Below the pieces are notes generated by a model, which worked only from the letters and a program-made list of their open reading frames with translations, had not been told where the DNA came from and made no database searches. Position numbers and translations under genes: made by a program. A stretch of 61,475 nucleotides of DNA, filler included, from Basidioascus undulatus (Eukaryota): NCBI GenBank assembly GCA_000826855.1. It is 10 parts of 10 records of this genome, joined end to end, with 100 filler letters (N's around TTAATTAATTAA, not from the genome) between each part and the next. Parts side by side here need not be neighbours in the genome. Positions count along the whole stretch, not along the records: positions 1 to 24,995 come from JTLS01000227.1; 9 more parts are not named here. One strand, written 5' to 3'. Numbering within the stretch: position 1 is the stretch's first letter; every line of letters begins with the position of its first letter. Of the stretch, positions 11,561-23,795 are shown piece after piece.

Positions 11561-14500
11561 GGTGTGGTGATAATGCACGGAAGAGAGAAGCGGCCATGAA
11601 TGTGAAAACAAGAACATACTTAACTGATTGAACGATAGCGTTCGGTTTGTCAGTCACCACTGCAGATCTGCACAACGCTGCTGACGGCCGTTCCTAGCTC
11701 CACCACAGTTCCCTATCCGCATGCGGGTCACAAGTTCCTCACCAGCTCGACCGCCATTCTTTTGTTCAGGAAAAATGTTTTGCAGAGTTACACGGTGCTA
11801 GCTGACGATCCCAACATCTGGTTGCCGTTGCAGCTTGACGCGTGATTCTAAGAGGGGTGCGGGTAGGCACCAGCGAAAGAGTAGTTATCTGGGTTCATAC
11901 TGAATGCGGAAAATGGCTCTTATTCAGAATTGAATCCTCGGTTGCCGCAGACTTTCTCGTTGCTCGCCGCCTTGTAAGTTGACACGCTCGCCGCTTACAG
12001 GTACATTGAAACCTTTTAGCTGCACATGTGACACAAACTCGTTTGCGTGTTCGAGTGGTAAAGGTGATACTACTCTTACCGCATTGTACCACTATGGATA
12101 TGATGCTTGGTTGATCTGCCGCTTAATCCGGAAGAGACTGCGCCCGCCACCGCGGCAGGCCGCCCCTGCATATAATAAACATCCCCGCACAGAAGCAGCT
12201 TTAAACGTCACATCTTCCCAAATGTTAAATTCAGAGCTCACAAAGATTAAACGGATTAAACTAATGGATATTCGGTTTCGCTTGTATCCTGACTATGAGA
12301 GGAGAATATCTGCACTCTGCCGTATCCTTCTCCCCTCTTCTCACTGTCTGCCAAAAAGTAATCGTCCTCCAATAAAGACACTCATTCTTACCATAATTTA
12401 CGTACCGATGCGTACTACCTTTTTTATCTTCGCTCTCGCTCGCACGACGGCCGTCAATGCACTGCAAGGCCTTGGTAGGCTTATCGACAACATTGCCGAC
12501 ATGTTCTCCCCGGACTCGGTCTGAGGAAGCATTGCGACATGTATAAGTATGATGGATTGACGAAGCCTTGCCTACCGGGCTCATCGTGCATCGGCGGCCA
12601 ATAATGTGCCCATGCCGAATTCGTGAGATTGTCAATCCGCTAGAACATGCGGACATTCCGTTGCTGACAAACAGTACGTTTCGCGGACAATAAAGACCAG
12701 AACCCGACTCTCTACTTGAGTTTTGCAGGCGACGACTCCGGCAACCGTGTCGAATACATCACGACAACGTCCCTTTCGAAACGCTGCAAAGCTATGCTGG
12801 TGAGCTTGTTCAAGACAATTTTTTTTTGCGTCCAGCTACAGTGTTGACTCGATTTTTGCAGTGGGCTCACACCCAATCTCCGAACATTGCGACTGACTGT
12901 GTTTGCGAACGACTTCGAACCAGACGGTCAGAGATGTTTCCTTCGCATCACAAATCACCGAGCTGTGCCCTCTAGGAGTCGGTGAGTCTTTCTTCTCAGG
13001 CTCGCCATATTGATTGGCCACCGAAACACCAGCGTGTCTGAAGGAAGCACTGGATAATTACTGGATTTCTCTGTAGAGGACTACAACTTCAGGAACGAAA
13101 CTGTTCCAGGACCCATCGGTATGGGGACAGGCCGTGCGGCGTTTGGTTTAGCGTTCCGCATTCTATACGATTGGCTTCTGCATGTTCAAGCTAAGTTGTT
13201 TTATGTCCTATGACTTCTGCCTTGGTGGGATGGTTTGGAAGGCTTACGGGTTGATGTCTAGTTTTCTCGTGTCAATCGGCAGTTCTGTCTTCTTCGCTGC
13301 CTTTGTGTCACTGCTTACGCTCGTCCTGCCTCTTACCTGAGCCCGAATGGCATTCCGGGAATTCCATAAGTAACTCCTTATAATACAGGCTGAACTACCG
13401 CCCCATAGATGGTCGCTGGTCGCTGGTTGGTCAAACTACTGGTGAACCGGAAACATGGATCAGTGTCACCTCGTCAGTATTCCGCTTTCCGCAGTATGCA
13501 CCTCAAGTGCCTGGCAGTGCCGGTAATGCTGTAAATTATCCGAGAGTTATGAGATATCTGAAGTGTTAAGAGGGATGGGCAGGAAGCTCAAGATCTGGAG
13601 CCCCTTCGCGGTGCATGGCGGATCGGTGTTTTTCTGCACTTTGCCCGCCAGAGTGTTTTGTGTACTCGTTGTTTGCCTAATTATATAGGACGTAATGCTT
13701 TGTAAAGCAATTCATGGAGAATTTGTCGAGCACTCAAGGTGTAAAAATCTGTTTGCGCAACCCTTCAACGGCGAAGGCGGTCGACAGGGGACGGGGACGG
13801 GCAGGGGATGACATCTGCACGGAGGAGCTGAAACTGTTGGAACCCTGGAGCCCCTCTCAGAAGAACGAGGCTGTGTCCTTTTTTCCTTTTTGCTGGTCAA
13901 GCAGGGGAAGCTGAATGCTGCAGTGACGTTGAAGAAAAAAAGGCAAACGACGGAAGCTGAGAGCGGGCAACGCAAATTTGGGCGAATTGATCGACGCGTC
14001 TGCAAGGTTTGTAGATAATTGATTCAGGAACTTGCAGGAACGTGTTGAAGTGCACACGAGGCGGTAGGGGATGCGGGACCTGGCGTTTGAGTCAATTGGG
14101 GTCCTCTGGTCACTAGCCGCGTGTCTTGGCCGCGTTCCAAATGCGCTCCTAGCCAGCCGTCCGCCGCTCCGCCCGCCCTTGTCCTCGTCTGCGCTCTTTG
14201 CTTCTGCTCCTCATCACCTTCCTCATCCCCGCGTCGCCCGGCTTTGGGGCTCTCGCTCACTCGTCTGCTAGCTCGCCCGATACCCCGGCGTACTCGACAC
14301 TGGCAACGACGACGCGACTGACGGGCTCTCATTGATCATCCACGACCACCTTCCTTTCGAACAGACACTTGCCCCGGGCGACGACCACAGCCCGCACCTT
14401 CGTTCATCAAGCTCGCTCTTTCCTCGGCCGCACACTCACACACCGCACACTCTATACCCTCCGTCACCTCATTCGACGCTTGACGCATCGACATCCGCAC

Positions 14501-14570
14501 CCATCGCATCTCTCGCACTTCGCACCTCGTAATCGCCCACTCGACCCTCCCATCTCAGCCTTCCCTCGCC

Positions 14571-16428
14571 ATGACCTTCCAACATCGCGTCCCCGATCCC
14601 CGCGCACACACCAAGCGTGGTCAGTAGTTCTCTCCAGGCGGAGGATAGGAAGCGGGCAGGAATGGGCTGTGCCGGGAACAGCCGCGCTGGGGATTCCGAG
14701 CTAGACCAAGCACAACTCCCTCCCGCATTCCACAGACAACGCGCTTATCCCTCATCCCGCCCCTCTCCGCAGGCTGCCAGCTCGTCACGTACCCCACCGC
14801 GGGCTCGACTATCGCGGCGCAAGACCAGCTCACCGTCACCTGGGACACGGACTGTCTCAACTCCCTCGGTTCTGACGTCTCCGGCCTCGCCATCACCGTC
14901 AGCATCCCCTCCGCGTCGAACCCGCGTGTGCACGAGTTCACGGGCGTCAAGGCGTCCGCGGGCTCCACGGCGATCAACGTCCAGCCCAAGTGGTGGAACA
15001 ACACCGCGAGCGTCAACGCCAAGCTTGTCTTCTCCGACGAGGACGCCGTTTGGGAAACCATCGGCGAGAGCGGCCAGTTCACGTTCACGTACGACGCAAA
15101 GGCGTACTCGAGCGTCGTCACCGACACCGCAAGCGCCGCCGCCGCGCTCAACACAACTGCTAGCGAGGACGGGACGACCTACGAGTCAGTCGCGAACCAG
15201 TACAACGGTGGCGGCCTCGCCAAAGGTTCCATTGCCGCCGCCGTTATCTTCCCGCTTCTCGCTGTCTTCGGCGCCGTCGCTGCGTACGTCATCTGGACGC
15301 GCAAGAAGGAGGCCAAGAAGCGTAAGCGCTGGTCTCAGGTGCGTTCTCCCCCTTCCTCACCCCTCTTTTCCCCCTTCTTCCCATCCTCATGCTCGTCCTC
15401 CTGCCTCTCTAGCACGTCGATAAGCGCATGTCGCGCATCTCCACCGACTGGCGTCCCTCGATAGGCGGCTCCGGCGGCCCGGGCAGTGCGAGCGTGCGCA
15501 ACACGCGCGCGTCGTCCTTCTTTGCGCGCCCCAACTCGACCATGGCCGCCGAGAACGGGTCCATCAACTCGGGCTACTTTGGCCAGGGGGACATCGGCGC
15601 GGGCCACGGCGACCGCTTCTCGCGCGCGGACGAGTTCAAGTCGATGCCCTCGCCCGAGATGCGCCAGACGCGCACCTCCGCATTCTTCAACTCCGCGAAC
15701 GGGTCGAACGGGCGCATGTCGACCTTAGGCGACAACGCCGCCGCGCGCCAGAGCCGGATCAGCTTCGCGCCCGTCGAGGCCGGCCAGCGCCAGTCGCGCG
15801 TCTCGTTCGGCGACGCGCTCCGCCCGACGTCCACCATCTCAAACGGCGGCGGGTCCCCCACCCACCCGGTCACGACCGTCTCGATCCCGCGCAGCAGCCC
15901 GCTCGCGCGCGCGAGCGCGATTGCGACGGACGACCTTGCGCTGAGCCCGAGCCAGGTCCAGGGCCCGAGCATGCTCAGCGTCGAGGACCTCACGCGCCCG
16001 CGCAGCTACGTCGAGATGAACGCTGAGCGCGAGAGCATGGACGGCGCGTTCAGGAGGGAGATGCTCAACATGCCTGCTGTTGCCGGTCAGTCCTCTTCCC
16101 CTCCTTACCTGGTCTCCTCACCGCCTCTGACGTTCACTCCCCCCACACAGCCATCCGCACCAGCCGCGAGTCCCACTCCCCCTCCTCGGACATCTTCTCC
16201 CCCGCCATGACGCCCATGGGCATGGCCGCTGGTCCGAACCTCCGCCTCCCCGCGAGCCCCGCGCCCAGCGCCAACAGGCTCACCGTCGCCAGCATAGGGA
16301 CCAACAACCCCTTCAGGCAGAGCATGCTAGAGGCTGCGTCCGCGTCGTCGGCCTCGCCCCGCGAAGGCGCGAGCGACAACCGCGCCAGCTACTTTACGAC
16401 CGCTAGCAATATCGGCGCGGCGAAGTAG
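14571..16428 (+). CDS. Single-pass membrane protein with Ser/Thr-rich ectodomain and disordered cytoplasmic tail
   Basis: Four exons with GT-AG introns. VQPKWWNNT in the ectodomain, TM IAAAVIFPLLAVFGAVAAYVIW followed by basic RKKEAKKRKRWS, then DKRMSRISTDW. Start codon uncertain. Confidence 0.65.
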
Positions 16429-17550
16429 CGGGCGTGATCCCGCGCCACAGCCGGTGCTGGACGCTATTTTGTTTCTCTCGTTTCGGATTGACTCGTGATT
16501 GTGCCCCTCCTCACCTCAACTTCTTCGCTTGACCTGGCTGGACTGGACCCTTTTGCCTTGCTTTCTTCTCTCCCAACCGCACCCCGCTTTATTCTGCCTG
16601 CGCCCTTGTTACGTTTCATCATGTCCGTACCCTACCTTGTTGTGTCCGTTCTAGTACCTCCTCTGTTTCTTGCTTTCTTGTCCTAGTCGCTTACACAGTC
16701 CTCTACTCCCACGCCCCAGCCGAGCTTACACCCTCTCCCCACCTCACCTGTCCTCGCCTGTTCCGTCCGTTCTCCGTCCCTCTCATACGAAAACCATGTG
16801 CCCCGGTGGACTCGCTTTTCGCACATACGTCAGCTCGTGTTCTTGTTTCTGTTCTTGTTCGTCCCTCCTCCCATCGCTTGTCGCTCGTCTCGTCCGCTCT
16901 TTGGTCCGTTCCTTCCCTCGCTGTTTGAGGGAGGAACGCCAGCTCTTGCCGCTGCTGCTGCTGTATTTGATTGATTAGCTTGTCTTGGCTTGCGTGCATT
17001 AGCTTGTGCGGCTGGCTTGTGTGTGCCGTTCGGCAAGCGCTTATTCAACAGAGAAAGCGGCAGCCCACTGGTTTGGACAAATTAGGCCTAATCGGCACGG
17101 TTGGGCTGGTTCAAGTTGCTGCTGTGCGTGTATGTCGAGGAGACTGCCTGGTCCTGTCTTCGCAGGTCTTCGTCGCTTGTTTTTAAGCATGTGAAAAGGG
17201 CGGACTTGGTATTCGGTACCTCTTCGGTTTTGCTCGTCCTTGACAGCTGGCTGCATTCCATGGCAAGCTGACAATTTGGCAGGTTGAGCGAACGGGCGAA
17301 CTCACGGAGGAACCACCTCGGCAGCGCAGCGGGCTCGGCGGCGAGCACCTGGGGGTCTGAACTTGATTGGGTTCAAAGGCTGTAAGAAGCTCTTGCATGT
17401 GCGGTCAGGTTGCCACCAAACCGCCAAACCGCCATCAGCTCGACGCATACTTCGTCGCCCTCCTCCCGTGACCGGCTTTCCAGCACTTCCACTTCTTCGC
17501 ATTTCCTGACCCAAGCCTACTCCAGCTTGACCATCTTTTCGAATACTAGA

Positions 17551-18478
17551 ATGATCGTCCCGCAACTTCCCTTCGATGTTCACAAATTATCAATGATGAG
17601 GTCGCTCGACCCTCGCACCCGAACGCGGACACTCGTGACAAGGCCATCCTCGAATCGGGCTATGCTCTGCCTCGTCTCTCGCTCATTCCACGAGCTTGGA
17701 ACGCCCGTGTTGTACCGGGTTGTGATCCCTCCCACTCTCAACGTCTTTTTCGACCCGGCACGGAGCGTCTACCAAGCGCTTTGGGCAAACCCGATGCTCA
17801 CAGCATACATCAGGTCTCTCGTTGTTGGGAACGAGACTCGGCAGTATAAAGAGTGGAAATGCTTTGAGGAGGACAGGCACAAGCAGATAGCTAAAGCATT
17901 CACGACGAGCCCAGTGCCGTTGCAACGTCTCGCTGTGTTTGGCGAAGACTTGTGGGATGTGCTCTCGAATCTTCCCAAGGTATTCGAATTCAAGGAGATC
18001 GCATACAGTCGGAAAGGGTGGCCCCTCATGCTGTTGAATTGGAACACCTCCAGCCTCTCTCATATGACTCTCACGACATCCGTTTCGAAGATGGGCGCAT
18101 TGTCCAATCCTCTTATCGTCCGCACATCTCTCGCATCTCGCCTTCTGCCCGCGCTACTTCAGCCCTTCTGACTCTTACCAGACAGACTGTGGCGCCACAG
18201 CTGCCGGACGTCTACATTTTTCTGAATTGGCGCCAGCGTTGAAGAAAATTATCGTGATAGATTCCCAGACGTATCCGCTCCTTTGTATCATCAAAGACAG
18301 CGGAGATGCGCTTGATCAGGGCATCCCGATGCGGCAGCTTCCCCTCCATCAGGAGGTGGCACGGATCACTATCTTCGCCTCAGCGCCGGAGACAGAACAG
18401 GTCTTGGTGACTCATCGAGAAGAGTGGCTGAAAAAGCACATCAGCGAAGGTACGCTTTGGGAGCTTGGGAGCGCTTGA
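17551..18478 (+). pseudogene. F-box-like gene, reading frame apparently broken near 18170-18230
   Basis: PQLPFDV...LCLVSRSFHELGTPVLYRVV F-box-like motif. The continuation is in another frame. Confidence 0.5.
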
Positions 18479-19782
18479 GGCAGTTCACGGCGACATGTTG
18501 GTTGTGGTGCATTAGTTTGTCCTGTAATGACATCACGCCCTGCACCGTGACTACAGAATGGGTCCGGTTGCTCTGATGCACGCCTCGTTTGCCTCGTGTG
18601 CAAATCCTGCGAGACTGCAAAGTACCCTGCGAAGCAGTAAAGCAGTGAAGCTGCTGTTTTCTGTGGTGATCATTGCGCTACCTGTTCATAAGTCATCTCT
18701 ATTAGACACTACTCTTCGGTTTCCCGATATGGAATTGCTCATGGCAGTCTTCCTGGCCGCTGCACCGCCAAGTGGTGCAGCGGAGGGCGGGTGGAGTCCT
18801 TCAGCTTTGTAATTTATCAAGTCGGTCGCAGTCTGCAATCTGCTACCGTACAGTCGTTGTTCAGTTTTTAACATGATTTCCCGAGCTCAAAGGAACATGA
18901 TGAGTCGGACGTCGACTGCTTTTCCGCCTCGCTCCGGCCTCAGCCTCTTAGACTCCTCTTCCACCCCCTAGCACTCGATCCAACATCCACCACTCTCCCG
19001 GTGGGGCAGTTGAGTTGAATCCATCCGTCGAGCTGAACGGGTACCGCTTGTTCTCGCGCTGCCAGGCATTGCAAGTGATGTAGGCCGTCTGGCCCGTGTA
19101 GTAGACGTCCGCGTGTCTGTGGTTCGGTATAAGCCCATGTTGAGACGAGTCTATATCTGAAGAACAGGAAGTTTGAGGTAGACGTAGACGGCGGTGCCGA
19201 GCGTCGCGAAGACGTTGACGCCCTTGTTCCTCGCGCACGGCCCGCACGCGGAGCACTCGTAGCGCGTCGGCGTGTGGTCGGCCAAGTAGCCGTTGAGTGT
19301 CTTCGGTATAACCCCCCATCTTGGTGTTTTACACGCCATGTTGCTCACCCCAAGGAAGTCTCGAGCACCTGTCACGGGCAACGCGAGGCGCAACGCCCTG
19401 AACATCCGGCTTCCAAATATCTTGAGCTCTGCAGTCCGTTCATGGGTTGCCCACAGCGAAGAGGTCCTCCGAGAAGGGTGTGTAATCAGCTCCGCAAAAT
19501 CCACAGAAGAGCGCAGGCGCATGCCATGCAACGCGTGAAGGCTGCGTGAGTGTCGATCGAGTGTGTGCGCCGCGCGATGACGGCTGTATGAGTCGATCTA
19601 TAGGTCCATAACAGGTGTATCGAAGGGGTAAAGCCCAGCCGAGGGACTCGAAAAATTCACAAGGAAGATTGAGACAGGTTAGCACGCAGATACCGGCACA
19701 CGCACTCCGCGCCCGCACGGCCAAACCTCAATTGCAGCTCATATCACCCTCAATCTGTACCCTCAATCTGTACATGGGCGCA

Positions 19783-20315
19783 TCAGCTCGTCTTTTTGGA
19801 TAGCGCACCCTCGCTTGACGCGTCGCCGGCGGGAGCGGGAGCGAGCGAGGGGAGCCAGGTGTTGGGGTGCTTGTTATAAGCTGGCCAGGGCGGGACGACG
19901 ACCTGCATATCGGAGGGGATGAGCTCTAGGATAGGCATGGCCGAGGCAGGGGAGAAGTGATGGTAGATGTGGACTCACTGCGAGCGCAATGACACTTCCC
20001 AGCCCAAACAAGCCCATGACCATGTCCACCCGCTGTAGCACGAACCCAACCAAGAACGCAATGACCTGCCGGTCCCGCCCCGCATCCCAAGTCAGCTTGC
20101 CCGCCCTCCCGCGACTTGCCAACATTTAGACGCACAGCAGTCGCAACAATGACGAGATGCTGAAGCTTCTCAGCGCGCTGCTGGCCGACAAAGTCCTGCC
20201 CGTCCGCCAGTCCCGAGTAAGCGGCTGGAGAGTGGAATCGGAGTGCGAGCAAGCGCACGATAGGCCCCTCGAACTTGTTGGAGATGAAGGCAATGGGGTC
20301 GGACGTGAGAGACAT
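19783..20315 (-). CDS. SPC1: Signal peptidase complex subunit 1 (SPC12/SPCS1)
   Basis: Spliced product EGPIDFVGQQRAE...VIAFLVGFVLQ...VVPPWPAYNKHPNTWL matches the SPC12 pattern (DF.GQ..AE and VPPWP.YN.HP..WL). Confidence 0.9.
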
Positions 20316-20509
20316 TGTGAGCCCGCGGAGAAAGAAAGAGTGGGAAGGGTAGATGGTGGGAGCAGGGCAGATGGACATCGGTCGGTGAGAGCGAGCTAGC
20401 GAGGGCGCATTGGCCCGGATGCTTTTGGACGCGACGCATGAACCGCTCGCTGCTGCGCCTGATTATGGAGATGGTTGATGTTTAGTAGGAATATCTGCCA
20501 GCGCATATC

Positions 20510-20599
20510 GGCCTGATGGTCTAGTAGTATGATTTTCCCTTAGGGCTTCTGTAACTAGCTGTTTGGGAGAGGTCCCGGGTTCAATTCCCGGTCAGGCCC
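20510..20599 (+). tRNA. tRNA-Pro(AGG) with an 18-nt intron (20546-20563)
   Basis: Exons identical to the 1621-1706 copy. T5 terminator at 20610-20614. Confidence 0.95.
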
Positions 20600-20720
20600 T
20601 TCAGTGGTCTTTTTCATCATTATGAGTTTTCTCACCCCCACCCATGAGCTCAGAAGCGTTGCACTCGAGTTGAATATTTTTATCCACTGTTAAAGTGCAT
20701 TCTCTGCGTTTCTTTCACGT

Positions 20721-21977
20721 TCACAGTAACACGAAGTAAGTCGTTAGTCGTGACCTGGCCGTGAAGGCATCACAGTCCTCTTCTAACGCCGCGTTTTCCG
20801 AATGCCAAAGACACGCCTCGTGAGCGCTTGCACCGACCCAATTCCAACGCACGCGGTCCATATCGGCGTAGACAACCCAGTGAAGACTGGGCAGAAGAAC
20901 ACGAGAGCGCAACGACAGGAACTTCATGTCAAGGGGCAGCTTAGCAGCCGTGAGCCCGCCAATACTTATAAGCTCAAGTAGCGGATGCCGGATCTCGATG
21001 TATGGTGAGGAGAGATCATGCCAAATATCAGGGGCGAGTTGACGAGCTTGGGACAGGCGTGACGAAGGTGGGGCAGTCAGGGCGAGGGGTCCGTCTTGGG
21101 CGATTCGAAATCGAAGAGTCGTGAGATGGCTCCCAAGGTGTCGCAAAACATCCTCGAGCTTGGGACAGGATGTAGCGGCAGGTGCCAGCTCGAACAACAG
21201 GGAGGTGCGCGCGTGGGTTTGAATGCGGAGTAGAGTCGCTCACGATTAAATGTCTAGGACGTCAAGATCAGGAAAATGGAATGCTTCAGCGAGAAGATTC
21301 GAAACATCCTCATTGGTCCAATCAAGAGTAATGGCGAGCACTTTAAGCCTTTGAAATCCCGAAAGGAGTTTGAAGAGTGTCACGGGTGAAAGTCCGATGT
21401 GCGTGTTCCGGATCTGTCTGAGCATTGACCTCGATCCCCGAGGAAAGTTTGAAAGAGCTGAGAAGAGCTGACGAGGATAAGACTATTCTCGCCCCGCATC
21501 TCCAACGACTCGAGGCCGTCGCAGAGGCCGATGCGGTCGCAGAGGCCGATGAGCCTGCAGAGGTCAGTAGTCATGGCGCGACTGGCAACGACATCGAACC
21601 CCGCTTGGCCGTGTGGGCCTGCGTCCCAGTCATGCCATGGAGTCGAGATGTGTCGGGTGTGTGAAGTGTGCTGGAAGCCACCCGTGCGGCTGAGACAGAT
21701 GAAGGAGGAGCGCCTCGAGTTGAGACGGTCTGCGGACTAATACGGACCGGTAAAAGTACGGCGTTGCGAGCTCCTGCAACATGAGGGGTTCATGGGCCTA
21801 AACCATCGAGCTGAACTGAAAAGGGGAAGATAACCTACGTTCCATTCTTTGCAAACAAACAGAAGCAGTACTTGGTTCTGCCCACAATGTGCACCACAGT
21901 CTTGAGTGCGTTGGCGGTGAGGCGGTAGCGAAGGCGAAGATGTGTCTGAGAAGCTCGGGCAATAGTATCACGTTCAT
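20721..21977 (-). pseudogene. F-box/LRR-like gene with frameshifts, between two tRNA-Pro genes
   Basis: MNVILLPELLRHIFAFAT, then (shifted frame) LLFVCKEWN, intron, ELATPYFYR, then LESLEM and LTTLRF repeats. Confidence 0.55.
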
Positions 21978-22392
21978 TTTGTTGTGTGTCTTTCAGTGGA
22001 GAGACTCGATGCTGTGTAGTGGAGATGAAAGATGAGGGCCAAGCATCAGCCAAGCCTGGGCAGGAACGCAGCGCAGCGCCCATGTCCGCTGCCCGGTTAA
22101 CCTGCGGGCTTCTCTGAAAAATGTCCGCCTGCCGACTGGGTCCAAAGACGTTGAAAACTACTCAAGGGGTTGCCTGGCTTGCCGCACGGCTTGCCTGCTA
22201 TTGCAGTGGGAGTTGTCGACGGTCGCCTTGGAGGATCGACCACATCATGAAAGACAAAATCAACAATGGCTTCAGTAGTACCTAGCTCCGGAGAATACCA
22301 ACAGAGCTCCTCTCCGCCACGGAAGACGCCCAGCGCACCTTCGGCAGCCGGTGAAGGAGAGAAAAGGAATCTACTTCGGGTGGCAAAAAGTG

Positions 22393-22478
22393 GGGCCTGA
22401 CCGGGAATTGAACCCGGGACCTCTCCCAAACAGCAACAGTAGCCCTAAGGGAAAATCATACTACTAGACCATCAGGCC
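22393..22478 (-). tRNA. tRNA-Pro(AGG) with a 14-nt intron (22429-22442)
   Basis: Exons identical to the other two copies. T5 terminator at 22385-22389 on the minus strand. Confidence 0.95.
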
Positions 22479-23399
22479 AGTGAAAGAAGTTTTCTTTTTA
22501 ATATAAATAGAGATGTCTCTCAAGAAGTACATCTGACACTGAAACGAATACAAAGTGTCACTGCCATGGCCAAGCTGACGGCAAATGGAATTTGAAAAGA
22601 CTAGAACCATTGCGCGATATATCCAGTAAAGTACGTCCCTACGGAAATGTGCATTTGAACAACTCGTGCATGCGGGAGCCAGTGGGCATGCGGAAGCCAG
22701 TGGTCCTTTTTGCTCACGCCAACCCGTCGACAACGCACAACATTCACATCATCACAGTGTACCTGGATATAGAAAGCAAGATTGGTTTCAGGCTTATGTA
22801 AAAGCTAACGTCCATAGAAAAGCCAGATGGTGCAAATGACTGTTCCAACGATCGCGGCTGTCGATTGTTTCATGTGCAGCATTGTCGGTAATAGATCTCG
22901 AAAGCGGTTGAGATGGGGATATTCAGCAACAGTTATGACAGGGCTTAAAAGAAAAATAAAGAATGCAGCAAAGAATGCATTTACTGATTTGAATGCTGAG
23001 CAACGTGTCGAAAGGACATTTGAACGTGGTTTGACCGCAAAAAACGCAAACGAATGTCGTCTCGCTCACCTCACTACGCTTCACCGGATCTGATGTACAT
23101 CTGCTTTTAACCCCCTTGTTTATCCGCTGAATTTGACGAACTTTCACCGGGCCATGTTGCCAATTGATGAGCGCCCCGCAAAGGCGACAATGTAGCCCCA
23201 ACCGGTGCCCTTTCAAACGACACCACGCACGGGAGAGCCCACAACAAATGCAGTTCATTGTTCATTGTTCATCTTCCATCATCCCTCAAAACCATCTACC
23301 CCTGCCCCCCTCCCTACTCCAGACGGATAGCCGGGTCCTTCCGATGCAGCTCCTCCGCCCGGCTCGTCCTTGCCCGCCTCTTCCAGCTCGTCGCCCTCC

Positions 23400-23795
23400 T
23401 CCTTCGTCTTGTGCACCGTAAAAGAAAGGGATGTACCACGACCCCGTCTTGCCGCGGTCGATACACACCTGGGTGTCGGTGAAGCGGAAGCCGATGTGGA
23501 GCGAGTTCGCGCCGTCGGCGGAGGACATCTAATCACCGCCGCGGAGTCGGTGGTGAGGTTCCCGGACGCGGTGAGGTTGAAGAGGACGTCGAAAGCGCCC
23601 AAGCCGACGAGCTCGACCTCTCCGGAGTCGGAAGAGGGCGTGGAGGAAGAGTGCAGAGTCAACCCATGGATCGAGTCCATGGAGACGGGCGTCTGCTTCA
23701 GGACGTAGCCCCCACTGGTCGGGGTTGTACGACACATTGGCGAGCGTGAGCTCCCGGGCGAGGGTCTGCGCTGAGCGCCAGGGGGAGGTCGGAAC
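23400..23795 (-). pseudogene. Glycoside hydrolase family 32 (invertase/inulinase) relic, one exon, two frameshifts
   Basis: VPTSPWRSAQTLARELTL resembles the GH32 blade-5 motif. It is followed by YVLKQTPV and IDRGKTG..PFF (C-terminal beta-sandwich-like) in different frames. Confidence 0.7.

Noticed and set aside
18948..19531. Minus-strand ORF fragments with a CSACGPC motif
   Set aside because: Could not be assigned to any family or assembled into a gene model.
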